A DNA stretch of 58,303 bases, counting the filler, from Stramenopiles sp. TOSAG23-3 (taxonomy: Eukaryota), in the NCBI GenBank assembly GCA_900128585.1. It is 6 parts of 6 records of this genome, joined end to end, with 100 filler letters (N's around TTAATTAATTAA, not from the genome) between each part and the next. Parts side by side here need not be neighbours in the genome. Positions count along the whole stretch, not along the records: positions 17,511 to 34,897 come from LT642450.1; 5 more parts are not named here. One strand, given 5' to 3'. Below the pieces are notes generated by a model, which was not told where the DNA came from, searched no databases, and saw nothing but the letters and a program-made list of their open reading frames with translations. The translations under genes were made by a program, and so were the position numbers. Shown one piece after another: positions 21,194-31,169 of the stretch (the first letter of the stretch is position 1; every line of letters begins with the position of its first letter).

Positions 21194-21398
21194 AGAGAGA
21201 TACAAAGTACTTCGTACGAGTAAAATTTAAATTCTAATTTAAGAATTACGCGTAGGAACAGTAATTTTTCTTTAAAACGAGACACTCTCCACCTACTCCT
21301 CTTTTTGGAACCAGATTTAAAAAAGAATTTCAACCACCCTTGGCACAGTTGTTCTCATCATGATGACATTAATCTTAACAGAAGGTATGCTAAATTAT

Positions 21399-22436
21399 TT
21401 ATACCCTGTTAGCAAAGCGGTTGGTGTTAATTTGCAAGTGCGCCTTCGCCTCCGAAAGCAGTGCGCTCAACTCATCGCGCCATCGAACAGCCTCGTCGAC
21501 ATACAGTGCGTTCCCGCTCTTTGCTGCAATATCAAACCAATAAATTGCGTTGTCGTAGCTCCTTTCTACGCCTTGTCCATTTGAATGCATCTTTGCAATT
21601 TGTATTTGTGACGGCACATGTCCGGCCTCGGCTGCCTTGGTAAATATTTGAACGGCCTTCTCCAGGCTCTGGTCCACGCCTCGGCCGTACGCGCTCATCA
21701 GACCCAAATAGTACTGCGCTTCAGGATCCTTCAGTTGAGACGCTACTTCGTAGTATTGAGCCGCCGCCACGAAGTCTTGTTTTACGCCAAGACCGTATTC
21801 ATGCATTAAACCTAGATAAAAGAGCCCTTTTGGATTTTTTTGAGCAGCGGACATTTTGAAATATTTTAGCGCCCTTGTGTGGTTTCGATCGACGCCATCG
21901 GCATCGCGATACATTACTCCGAGTAACCACATAGAGTCGGAATTGCCTAGCCCTATCGACTGGTTCAGCCACGAAATTGCAGTTTCAGGATCCCTGGTCG
22001 TGCCCAGCCCCCTTGAAAATATCATGCCAAGATTTGATTGGGCCTCGACGTGACCAAGGCGGGCGGCTTCTGTAAAATACTCGATTGCTTTCCCAGTGTC
22101 TTTCGGAACGCCTTGACCATAGAAGGAAAACAGCCCTAAAAAGTACAAGGAATCTTTATTACCATCTTCGGCGGTTCTCTGAAGCTTGCTTATAGTGTGG
22201 TCGTCAATATCAGGAGGCTTCTTCCCAAGCCCCCCAAAGCCGTGCTGAGAACCCAAGGTCCACGGGTCATAAGTAGCCTCGTTTGTAGTAGAAACTCCGT
22301 GCCCTGGAAGCATGTTCACTTCAAATTTCGTGTCCGCAGCAGCAGTGTCGGCAGCTGCGACAGCGGCCCCGAATATGCACCCAACAGCTAAGCATGTGCA
22401 TGCGAGCAATGCTGCAGAACGCTTTACAACAAACAT
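21399..22436 (-). CDS. Secreted/ER SEL1-repeat protein
   Basis: Signal peptide from ATG 22436; about six Sel1 repeats (LG..Y..G.GV..D...A..YF..AA..G). Confidence 0.9.
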   Translation of the reverse strand: MFVVKRSAALLACTCLAVGCIFGAAVAAADTAAADTKFEVNMLPGHGVSTTNEATYDPWTLGSQHGFGGLGKKPPDIDDHTISKLQRTAEDGNKDSLYFLGLFSFYGQGVPKDTGKAIEYFTEAARLGHVEAQSNLGMIFSRGLGTTRDPETAISWLNQSIGLGNSDSMWLLGVMYRDADGVDRNHTRALKYFKMSAAQKNPKGLFYLGLMHEYGLGVKQDFVAAAQYYEVASQLKDPEAQYYLGLMSAYGRGVDQSLEKAVQIFTKAAEAGHVPSQIQIAKMHSNGQGVERSYDNAIYWFDIAAKSGNALYVDEAVRWRDELSALLSEAKAHLQINTNRFANRV

Positions 22437-22618
22437 GCTTCTATTTCCTGGTTTGTTTCCGGATCTGGCTCTGATTTTGCCCGTGAAATTCGACTTCGAG
22501 CCGTGGCTAACCAAGCTTTCAGCAGTGCACGAGTGCAGTGAGAGCTCTTGCTCGAGAGATTGGGAGACTGGAAGACGGACTTTTCAGCGCTGGACGAAAG
22601 GTGACTACCTTGGCGCAC

Positions 22619-22698
22619 TTTCTTTCGACTCTTTCTTTCTTTCTTTCGACTCTTTCGACTCTTTCGACTCTTTCGACTCTTTCGACTCTTTCTTTCCT
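22619..22698. repeat. (TTCGACTCT)n minisatellite in TTTC context
   Basis: Five tandem 9-mers plus one separated copy. Confidence 0.9.
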
Positions 22699-23713
22699 TA
22701 GATAGGGGTACATTATCTTATTCTTTCTTTGTACTTTCCTGTCGTCAATATCGGTTAAAAAAATTTAAAAATATTTCCATTCCTTCCTTCTTATTTAATG
22801 TATTTATTTTCTGCTAGCTGCTCTTTCTATCTTTCTAATAATACAATCGCGTCTAACTATGCGTTGCACACCTTTCGTATTCTTTTTTAAAGTGTGACAA
22901 TGCTGTGTAGTAGATACACAGTATATTACATAAAAGTCCTATTTAATTTTAACTACTACTAATTCACACGGCTTCTTAGAATTGGCTGTTGTAGTAAAGT
23001 ACAGTAAAGCTTTAGAAAATATTTAATTATTTTAAATTTAATAAAAAAGAGAAGAGAAAAAAGAGAGTGCTGTGTTCTGCTTTCTATTCAAGAATTTTTT
23101 AATGAAAAAAAATGATTCCATCCAATAGCGTAGTTATATTTCAATTAGTATACTAATTATATACCAATTTATAAATTTCTCATTTGAATATTTTTTACCA
23201 ATTTTTAGATGCTGTGTTTATGTAAATTAAATAATAACAAAACGTGCTTCCGGAGGAGAAGAAGATTTTAATATTTATTATTTTTTTTATAATATTTTTT
23301 TTTAAAAATATGAAATACTGCTGTAATTAAATTTTAAATGATGATGATGTGGTGTATCAGTTCCTTATTTTAATATTTTATAGTAGTCCTAAACAACTAC
23401 GGTACTAATTAATACACTAACTGTAATAATAAGAAGAAGAGATGGCGATATTATTATTATTATTATTTTTTCGTTCTTCTCCATTTCTTTTCACCGTTTT
23501 TATTGTAGGTAACATGAGGAATCGTGGGTACGTTAAATCCATCGTTTGATTTAATTCAACTCGTACACCTTTTATTTAATTGTTTCATTGAACGGTGCTT
23601 AAGTTACGTACGTACACACACACATATATACGAGAGAGTTGTTTAGTTTTAAGAAATTATTTTTCACGACTTCGCGTTTGACCTCTAAGTTTAACCTGAA
23701 GAAACATTAAAAC

Positions 23714-25750
23714 ATGCCCAAGAAGAAAGCCGCCAAGAAAGAAGAGCCGCAGTTTGACGATTATGATTTCGCCGAACCAACGGTAGAATACATAGACCCA
23801 CCCGAGGAAGCTGGTGGGCCTGTCCTTGAACTGTCCGACGCCCAGCTGGCAGAAGAAGTCACCTGCGTTCTGACCGCGGACGACCCGAACCAGCCCAAGA
23901 ACATCGCGAGCTACTCGTTCAAGGACAAGTCTTTTCGACCGCAGCCACCCTTGGCGCACGGCCAGCTGGCCATTCACTTCCAAATGGTTGGTTCTTCCCT
24001 TCACATCGACAGCGACGAAGCCAAAATGCAGATCGGCGAGGAAAACCGAAAGAAGGAGGAAATCGAAGAGGCCCGACGAGCGGCAAAAACCGAGGGGGAC
24101 GAAGACGCCATACTGGCCACCGAAGGCGGCAAGAACCAGTTCAACTATAGTGAGCGCGCAGCGCAGACGTTCAACAACCCAATTCGTGACCGCGGGGTGT
24201 CCACGCAGCCCCCGCCTATGCAGAGCATGGGGGCGACCGTGACGCAGTGGGACATTTATGATAGTTACATGGAACTGATGGCGAATGCACAAAGGGAGGC
24301 GGAGCTCACCTCCAAATCGTCGAACTCCAAAAGCAGCTCCAGTAATGACGATGCGAAGAAGGAGCAGGACGAGGACGTCATCCACAGTGCGGCCATGGGA
24401 ACGTCCTTGAAGATTTTGGAACGCATGGTCAACCAGAACGAGGAGGACGAGATTTTCCAAGACTTCAAGTATTGGGAAGACCAAAGCGACCAGTTTAGGG
24501 ATGGTGAAGGGTCCCTGCTTCCGCTGTGGAGGTTCTCAACGGAGCGGACGAAGAGGAAGCAGGTCACGAGCGTTGCATGGAACCCGAAGTACCACGATTT
24601 GTTCGCAGTTGGTTATGGGTCCTACGATTTTATGAGGCAAGGGAGCGGTATGATTTGCTGCTTTTCGCTGAAGAACACGTCTCACCCAGAGTACACGTTC
24701 AGCACTGAAAGTGGCGTGATGTGTTTAGACTTTCACCCTCAGCACCCAGCCTTGCTGGCGGTGGGGTGCTACGACGGCACGGTCATGGTGTTCGATGTCC
24801 GGAATAAAGTCAACAAACCCATATACATCAGCAGCATCAAGACTGGGAAACACACCGATCCCGTCTGGCAAGTCATGTGGCAAGAGGAGGACATCGCCAA
24901 AGAGCTCAACTTCTTCTCAATCAGTAGCGACGGGCGCGTTGCGAATTGGATAATGAGCAAGAACACCGAATTTAAGATGGAAGCAGTCATGCAATTGAAA
25001 TTGGTGTCGTCCCAGAAAGACGAGCCGGAAGAGGAGACCGCGCTGACAGGCCTTGCCGGAGGCTGCTGCTTCGACTTCAACAAAGTCAGCGAGCACCTCT
25101 TTATTGTTGGGACGGAAGAAGGGAAGATTCACAAATGTTCAAAGGCATACTCGGGACAGTACTTGGAAACCTACGAAGGTCACCACATGGCTGTGTATGC
25201 TGTTAAATGGAACCACTTTCATCCCAGAGTGTTTGTTTCCTGCAGTGCCGATTGGACGGTTAAATTGTGGGACCACAACATTCCATACCCAATCATGTCC
25301 TTCGACCTCTTCAATGCCGTCGGCGATGTGGCGTGGGCCCCATATTCCTCCACCGTGTTTTCGGCCGTCACTAGTGACGGAAAAGTGCACGTTTTCGACT
25401 TGAATGAGAACAAGCACGAGCCTTTGTGCGAGCAGAAGGTTGTGAAACGCGCGAGGCTGACACACGTAATGTTCAACAAGCGGGACCCCATCATTCTCGT
25501 TGGCGACGACCGTGGTGGTGTCAATTCCCTGAAACTCTCCCCCAACCTGCGAAAGCTTGTCGAGTCGGGCTCAAAAAAGAATGATGGAGAAGATGACGGG
25601 AAGAAGAAGAAGAAACGGCGCAGAAAGAGAGCGAAAAAGACAGACGACGAAGGTGGTGACGGAGCGCCCGTCGTGACCAAAGAAATGTTGGAAATTCAAA
25701 AATTCGACAAGTTGCTGTCCGCAACGGACGCCGGACCCAAGGAAGATTAG
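23714..25750 (+). CDS. DNAI1: Axonemal outer-arm dynein intermediate chain 1 (IC78)
   Basis: NQFNYSERAAQTFNNP, LERMVNQN, FKYWED.SD.FR..EGSLLPLWRF, WD40 repeats with GTEEGKIHKCSKAYS. Confidence 0.95.
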   Translation: MPKKKAAKKEEPQFDDYDFAEPTVEYIDPPEEAGGPVLELSDAQLAEEVTCVLTADDPNQPKNIASYSFKDKSFRPQPPLAHGQLAIHFQMVGSSLHIDSDEAKMQIGEENRKKEEIEEARRAAKTEGDEDAILATEGGKNQFNYSERAAQTFNNPIRDRGVSTQPPPMQSMGATVTQWDIYDSYMELMANAQREAELTSKSSNSKSSSSNDDAKKEQDEDVIHSAAMGTSLKILERMVNQNEEDEIFQDFKYWEDQSDQFRDGEGSLLPLWRFSTERTKRKQVTSVAWNPKYHDLFAVGYGSYDFMRQGSGMICCFSLKNTSHPEYTFSTESGVMCLDFHPQHPALLAVGCYDGTVMVFDVRNKVNKPIYISSIKTGKHTDPVWQVMWQEEDIAKELNFFSISSDGRVANWIMSKNTEFKMEAVMQLKLVSSQKDEPEEETALTGLAGGCCFDFNKVSEHLFIVGTEEGKIHKCSKAYSGQYLETYEGHHMAVYAVKWNHFHPRVFVSCSADWTVKLWDHNIPYPIMSFDLFNAVGDVAWAPYSSTVFSAVTSDGKVHVFDLNENKHEPLCEQKVVKRARLTHVMFNKRDPIILVGDDRGGVNSLKLSPNLRKLVESGSKKNDGEDDGKKKKKRRRKRAKKTDDEGGDGAPVVTKEMLEIQKFDKLLSATDAGPKED

Positions 25751-26002
25751 ATTGCGTAGCGAGCGGCCTTCGCGTGGCATAATATCCAAATTTGTGACAT
25801 CACACAATGCAAAAATAAGTGTTCGAAGTAGTTTATGAATCATATCAGTATATTTCTAAGCAATACTATGTAATTGGGTTTTGAATTCTTATAAGGTACG
25901 TGGTAAGTACTTTAGGTGCTTAACTAATCCCTTAATGCCGTGTAGTAAAAACACGTGTGTGTGTAATTTCGTCTCCACTCTAGTTGTTGTGAACGTCTTC
26001 TC

Positions 26003-27013
26003 TTACCTTTTTCTATCTTTCCGCGATTTGCTTCTGTTCCGAATCGGCGCATTCGACGGTGACGTGTCCGTTTTATTTTTCTTTGATGGTTTTGAGGGTC
26101 CCTTTGTCCTTGTGCTCGGATATTTTTTTTGAGTAGGAGGGGCGCCTCTTCTTTTACGCGTCCAAAGTACGAGCACAATGCACAAAATCAAAAATGCAAG
26201 GATGTTTACAGTCCAATTGGTGCCCCCCATTTCTGCCCGTTCTTTAGCTTTGGTATCACCGCTCAAGTAGGAACCAACTGGAACGGGCGAGATTTTTTGA
26301 AAAGTACTTTTGCACACCGCATCGGCGGTATTGTCTTGGGAGACGCTCACAACGTGCGAGAGTCGTCCTACGTAGGCCTCTCCTGTAATTCTTGAATCTT
26401 GTCCCCGTTTGTATCGCCACGCTTCGCTTATTTTATTATGTACATCGGCTGAACTCAGAATCTCGTCACCTTCAAAGAGGAGCACCCATATAGCTTTTGT
26501 GGCGTCAATTTGATCGCCTTCTGGAGACTCTACGAATGCCCTTCTGCCATTCCAAGGGTCGAGAAACAAATTCAACAGCAGGACACCCTCCTTTTGGACA
26601 CAGCTATGAAAATTCTTCATAAAAATTATGGGCCTTCCATGCTTTCCGCACCCTTTGATAAACTTGTACACAATCTGCGACAGCCGTTTTGGCCCTTCTC
26701 CCGTCAACAGGTCCTCCGTGAACTCACACATGTTGAGCACAATCACGGGCGCCTCTGAGCGTTTCTCTATGTCAAAGTACCCATGAGAAAGGACGCGGTA
26801 TATGTTGTCAAGCGCGTTTTGGCGACCGTAGAAAGCGACAGTCAACGGTGCTGCCCTGTTCGAGTTTGAGTTTGAGTCCCACTCGTGCGTTGAAAATATT
26901 TCCGACACATCGTACCGTTTTTCAATTTCCTCAATACCACAGATTTGAAAATTCTTTTCCAGACCACGGACACGTCTCACTGTCGGGAAGATGTACGCGT
27001 TCTCGCAAGCCAT
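26003..27013 (-). CDS. Membrane protein with a degenerate torsin/Clp-like AAA+ region
   Basis: PLTVAFYG (degenerate P-loop context), IDATKAIWVLL (like D...AIFILTSN), C-terminal TM followed by basic tail; N-terminus uncertain. Confidence 0.45.
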   Translation of the reverse strand: MACENAYIFPTVRRVRGLEKNFQICGIEEIEKRYDVSEIFSTHEWDSNSNSNRAAPLTVAFYGRQNALDNIYRVLSHGYFDIEKRSEAPVIVLNMCEFTEDLLTGEGPKRLSQIVYKFIKGCGKHGRPIIFMKNFHSCVQKEGVLLLNLFLDPWNGRRAFVESPEGDQIDATKAIWVLLFEGDEILSSADVHNKISEAWRYKRGQDSRITGEAYVGRLSHVVSVSQDNTADAVCKSTFQKISPVPVGSYLSGDTKAKERAEMGGTNWTVNILAFLILCIVLVLWTRKRRGAPPTQKKYPSTRTKGPSKPSKKNKTDTSPSNAPIRNRSKSRKDRKR

Positions 27014-27430
27014 CTTCGCACGCTCTTATACAGGGAGGCAGTTGTGCCCAGAGCGCGCCGGTTTGTCTTTCACGGGTCGCGCAGGAAGAACGAGCAAACG
27101 GGAAAAGCGGGAGGGCGACAGAAAAAATTCTAACAACAATTCCTGTACAATTCCGGAAAAATAATCGCAGATGAACCCTTTCTCCATGAATCAATTAATC
27201 AATATTTTACCACAATGAATGTACTTGTTGTCTTCGATCAATGCCGTCGTACCGTCGGCTTCCAAAAATAAAAACAAAATAAATCAAAAAATGATGAAAA
27301 AAAAAGAACAACAGAAAAAAAGAAGAGGAGGAGGAAGAGAGAAGAAGAAGAAGAAGAAGAAGAAGAGAAAAAAAAAGAATTACTGTATTATTTTATTAAT
27401 AATAATAATTAATAAAAGAGAGAGAAGAGG

Positions 27431-27604
27431 TCCCTCCTCACTCCTCTTCTTCTTCTTCTTCTTTCTTCTTCTTCTTCTTCTTCTTCTTCTTCTTCTTCTT
27501 CTTCTTCTTCTTCTTCTTCTNNNNNNNNNNNNNNNNNNNNNNNNNNNNTCTTCTTTCTTCTTCTTCTTTCTTCTTCTTCTTCTTCTTCTTCTTCTTCTTC
27601 TTCT

Positions 27605-27635
<31 letters not shown>

Positions 27636-27640
27636 TTCCC
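27431..27640. repeat. (CTT)n microsatellite spanning a 28-nt N gap
   Basis: Directly visible; gap at 27521-27548. Confidence 0.95.
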
Positions 27641-28074
27641 TCTCTCCTTCCCTCCCGCCCAACTTTTAATATGTAATATTTTATACTTAAAAGATGACAA
27701 TAGTACAAAAGTATATAGTACCGGTACCATTATTTATTAGAGACAATAATAATAAATAAAACAAGAATAAATAATAGTCTAATAAAATAATACTCCTCGT
27801 ATTATATACTACAGTACTACTAAATTATTATTATTATTGAAAAAAAAAAATAGAAGGAGGGAGGCCTGTTTTAATTGTTGTTCTTCGGTTTGGATTGATT
27901 GTAATTTAAAGAGAAGAGAGAAATGAAAAAATAAAAAGAGTAAAGAACGATTGATGGATAGGATTAATAAAAATTTCAAACAAAAAAGGAAGGGACCATA
28001 AAGGACGGGAAAATATTTTCATTTCAAATCAGAATCAGTTTAATGGTTCAGTATGTTTTAACGTGTAAGTCCAC

Positions 28075-30600
28075 ATGAGCAGAAACATTTTGCACGTGGC
28101 GGAGAAGAACTCTGTCGCCAAACCTTTGGCTCGTATTCTTTCCCAAGGTCGGTGCACTGTGTCGTCTGGCCCAGAAAAGTACTGCCCATTGTACACATTC
28201 CAAGGGGATTTCAGAGGGACCCAAAGGACACAAGTTGTCACGTCCGTAAGAGGGCACCTTCTCTCCCAAGATTTCGACGACACGTACCGTCAATGGAACG
28301 CATCTACCACCGTGAAACTCTTTGATGCGCCGATTAAAGAGTTCGTTCCCGAAGGCATGAAAAACCTGGAAAAGCAACTTATTGCGAACGCAAGGAAGTG
28401 CAATACCATCGTTCTGTGGCTCGACTGTGACAGGGAGGGCGAAGCGATTGCTGCCGAAGTCGTAACTGTTTGCAACAAAGGTTCTCGCCAGAGGAACGGG
28501 ATGATCGTGCTGAGAGCTCAGTTTTCGGTGGTAAACGAAGTGGAAATTCGTCGAGCGATTGCTAGTTTGAGGCCGTTGCATACGCGGACTGTTAACGCGG
28601 TCAAAGCCCGGCAGGAGATCGACCTCCGATTAGGGGCTATTTTTACACGATTTCAATCCTTGCTTCTTCAGAAACGCTTCCAAATAAAAATGGTCAGTTA
28701 CGGACCATGCCAAACTCCCACGCTTGGTTTCGTGGTGAACCGGCATCTTCGCATTCAAAAGTTTGTGAAGGAAACATTTTGGTCTTTGTTCTGCGAGTAC
28801 GGTGAGAAAAGGGACAACCGAAACGGCAGCGATTACGCAGAGTTCGCGTGGAATCGGACGAGTGTCGGTATGTTCGACCGGGCTTGTGCCATCATGTTCT
28901 TAGAAATCTGCTTGGCGAACCCAGTAGCACGAGTCATGAAGGTCGAAAGAAAGCAAGCCAGCAAATGGGCCCCGAAACCTCTCGCCACGACGACCTTGTC
29001 GGTTTGCATGAGTCGTTGGAGACGTCTCACTGCAAAACGGGCCGTCGATGCGGCCGAACGTTTGTACAGCGCTGGGTACATAAGCTACCCGAGGACTGAT
29101 ACTGAAGTTTTTCGGCCAGAATTTGATTTCAAGGCGATAATCACCGAACAAGCCCAAAGTTCAGTATGGGGACAGTACGCCAATTCGTTGTTATCACCCG
29201 AGAACTTTCGGACTCCTCGCGCTGGCTCGAACGACGACAAAGCCCATCCACCGATTCACCCGGTAAAGTTCGTCTCCCTTGATCGGATCGAGAACCAAGA
29301 CGAACGTCATGTATACGAACTTGTAGTCAGACACTTTCTGGCGTGCTGCAGCAGGGACGCGTATGGAAGTCAGACTCGCGTGGAAATAAAGATAGCCTCG
29401 GAGACATTCTCTACGGGCGGCCTCGAGGTTATCGAGACGAATTACCTAGATGTGTACATATACGAGAAATGGACGGGCAAGATCATTCCTAGTTTTTCTG
29501 TCAACCAAGAATTTGAACCTTCACGGATCGATCTCAGGGAGGGGGTCACAACTCCGCCCAAACTGTTGAAAGAGCACGACCTTCTCAGGCTAATGGAAAA
29601 TGCAGGCATAGGAACAGATGCGACCATGGCGCAGCACATAGAAACAATCAAAAAGAGAGAATATGTTTATGAAACGAACGATCATTCCTTGGCCCCGACA
29701 CCCAGGGGCATTGGATTGGTAGAGGCATACCAATGTTTGCAGATGGATTTTGCAGAACCTCGCTTGCGGGCAAAGATGGAAGCGGACTGTAAGCTTATTG
29801 AACTTGGCAACAAATCCCGTCCGCAGGTCGTCTCCGAATGCTTGCGGGAGATGAAGGATAAATTTCGACAGTTGGAGCAGAGGCAGAACGAATGGGAGCA
29901 AAAATTCTGTGAATTTTCTGGAAACTTACCCCTTGTGTCAGCGTCTGCAAAAACTCTCACACGAAACTTTATGCCGTGTGCAAACTGTGAGGGCATGCTA
30001 GATCTGATGGAAAGGGATGGGTCTTTTTTTCAGGGCAGCTCGTCTCGACAGCCACCACGGTTTCTCTTTTGCTCAAATTGCACTAATACACATTCCCTCC
30101 CCAGGAAAGGGAGACTGGTAAAGTCAGGGGACAAATGCCCAATCTGCAACTCGTTCATCTTAAACGTTGAGCACAATAAAGGATACAAGATCTGCCCGTC
30201 CTGCTACGGCTCAAACCCTCCAGAGTCAAACCGTCAGCTGTCAAACACAAGCCCCACCATGCCTTGCTTCTCATGCAGACATCGCACTTGCCCATTTTCT
30301 AGAAGAGACGATATCGTGGTCCACCAAAAATGCCAAAAATGCAGGGCCAACCCGCTCTTACTGAAAACGAAAACAAAGGATAACGTGATGACCTATCGTA
30401 TTTCATGCAAAGGCTATCCGGGGTGTAAATATGCCGTCTTCTTGCCATCATCGATTGTTAAACTCGCTGAGCTCGGCAACTCGACGTGTTCAAGATGCGG
30501 AATGCAGAAACTGCTGATTGAATTGAAACCAAGTATTGTTGCACCTGGCGAAAGAATCAGAGCCGAAAGGTGTGCACGTTGCGATAACCTGTTAAGCTAA
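28075..30600 (+). CDS. TOP3A: DNA topoisomerase III alpha
   Basis: TOPRIM VAEK.S.AK, TSVRGH, WLDCDREGE; RQEIDLR.GA.FTRFQ; SYGPCQ.PTLGF; catalytic GYISYPRT; GIGTDAT; C-terminal Cys4 zinc ribbons. Confidence 0.95.
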   Translation: MSRNILHVAEKNSVAKPLARILSQGRCTVSSGPEKYCPLYTFQGDFRGTQRTQVVTSVRGHLLSQDFDDTYRQWNASTTVKLFDAPIKEFVPEGMKNLEKQLIANARKCNTIVLWLDCDREGEAIAAEVVTVCNKGSRQRNGMIVLRAQFSVVNEVEIRRAIASLRPLHTRTVNAVKARQEIDLRLGAIFTRFQSLLLQKRFQIKMVSYGPCQTPTLGFVVNRHLRIQKFVKETFWSLFCEYGEKRDNRNGSDYAEFAWNRTSVGMFDRACAIMFLEICLANPVARVMKVERKQASKWAPKPLATTTLSVCMSRWRRLTAKRAVDAAERLYSAGYISYPRTDTEVFRPEFDFKAIITEQAQSSVWGQYANSLLSPENFRTPRAGSNDDKAHPPIHPVKFVSLDRIENQDERHVYELVVRHFLACCSRDAYGSQTRVEIKIASETFSTGGLEVIETNYLDVYIYEKWTGKIIPSFSVNQEFEPSRIDLREGVTTPPKLLKEHDLLRLMENAGIGTDATMAQHIETIKKREYVYETNDHSLAPTPRGIGLVEAYQCLQMDFAEPRLRAKMEADCKLIELGNKSRPQVVSECLREMKDKFRQLEQRQNEWEQKFCEFSGNLPLVSASAKTLTRNFMPCANCEGMLDLMERDGSFFQGSSSRQPPRFLFCSNCTNTHSLPRKGRLVKSGDKCPICNSFILNVEHNKGYKICPSCYGSNPPESNRQLSNTSPTMPCFSCRHRTCPFSRRDDIVVHQKCQKCRANPLLLKTKTKDNVMTYRISCKGYPGCKYAVFLPSSIVKLAELGNSTCSRCGMQKLLIELKPSIVAPGERIRAERCARCDNLLS

Positions 30601-30692
30601 ACGACAGAGAGAGAAACAGAAAGAGTGATAAATTTGGAAGAGAGTGTATTTCAAATTAATAATTTTTCGTAATTTAAAGAATATCTCTTAAT

Positions 30693-31042
30693 AAAAACAA
30701 GAAAATTGGCTGTTATTTAAAATACATTTACGCAGGTTTATGTATACGACTTGAAAGAAATTCATCATTATGATCATCATAATACGTTTTGGGATAGATA
30801 CGGACATCTAAAAAACAATAGTCACTGTCTCAAACAATTTTATGATAGTTTGAATGATGAATACCAGAAGTTTTATTCTTTTTTTGACTAAAACATACTA
30901 TATAATATGTTTTTTTATTAAATTTAGCTTCCTCAATATCTCTTTAAAACAATTTGTTTTTTAAGAATTTAATTACTTAAATAACAGCCAATTTTCTTGT
31001 TTAAGTAATTAAAATTAATGTACTGCGAACTGAAATCTAGAT
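30693..31042. repeat. 3'-associated element copies between convergent TOP3A and EF-hand genes
   Basis: + A box 30693-30720; - A box 30969-31002; + linker and B box 31000-31042. Confidence 0.9.
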
Positions 31043-31169
31043 CTGCTCGACTGTGATTTTCTTATTTTATATAAAATTCTTAAAAAAACCAAAATGCGTA
31101 AACATGATTATCTCGTCATCAAACAAATTTAGAAATACTAAGAATACTCAATTGTTTGTCTGAAGCTTG

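Noticed and set aside
22978-22992. AGAATTGGCTGTTG partial match to the A box in a divergent promoter interval
   Set aside because: Only an 11-nt core matches without the flanks; not counted as a copy, though it would be an exception if real
23657-24484. 275-aa antisense ORF and many similar shadow ORFs
   Set aside because: They overlap well-supported genes on the opposite strand and are expected from GC-rich codon usage
27026-27028. Genome-wide stop-codon reassignment suggested by isolated in-frame stops
   Set aside because: Conserved long genes translate fully with the standard code, and TAA, TAG and TGA all terminate genes in this window
27219-27740. Poly-L/R/E/K ORFs
   Set aside because: Translations of the (CTT)n microsatellite across an N gap
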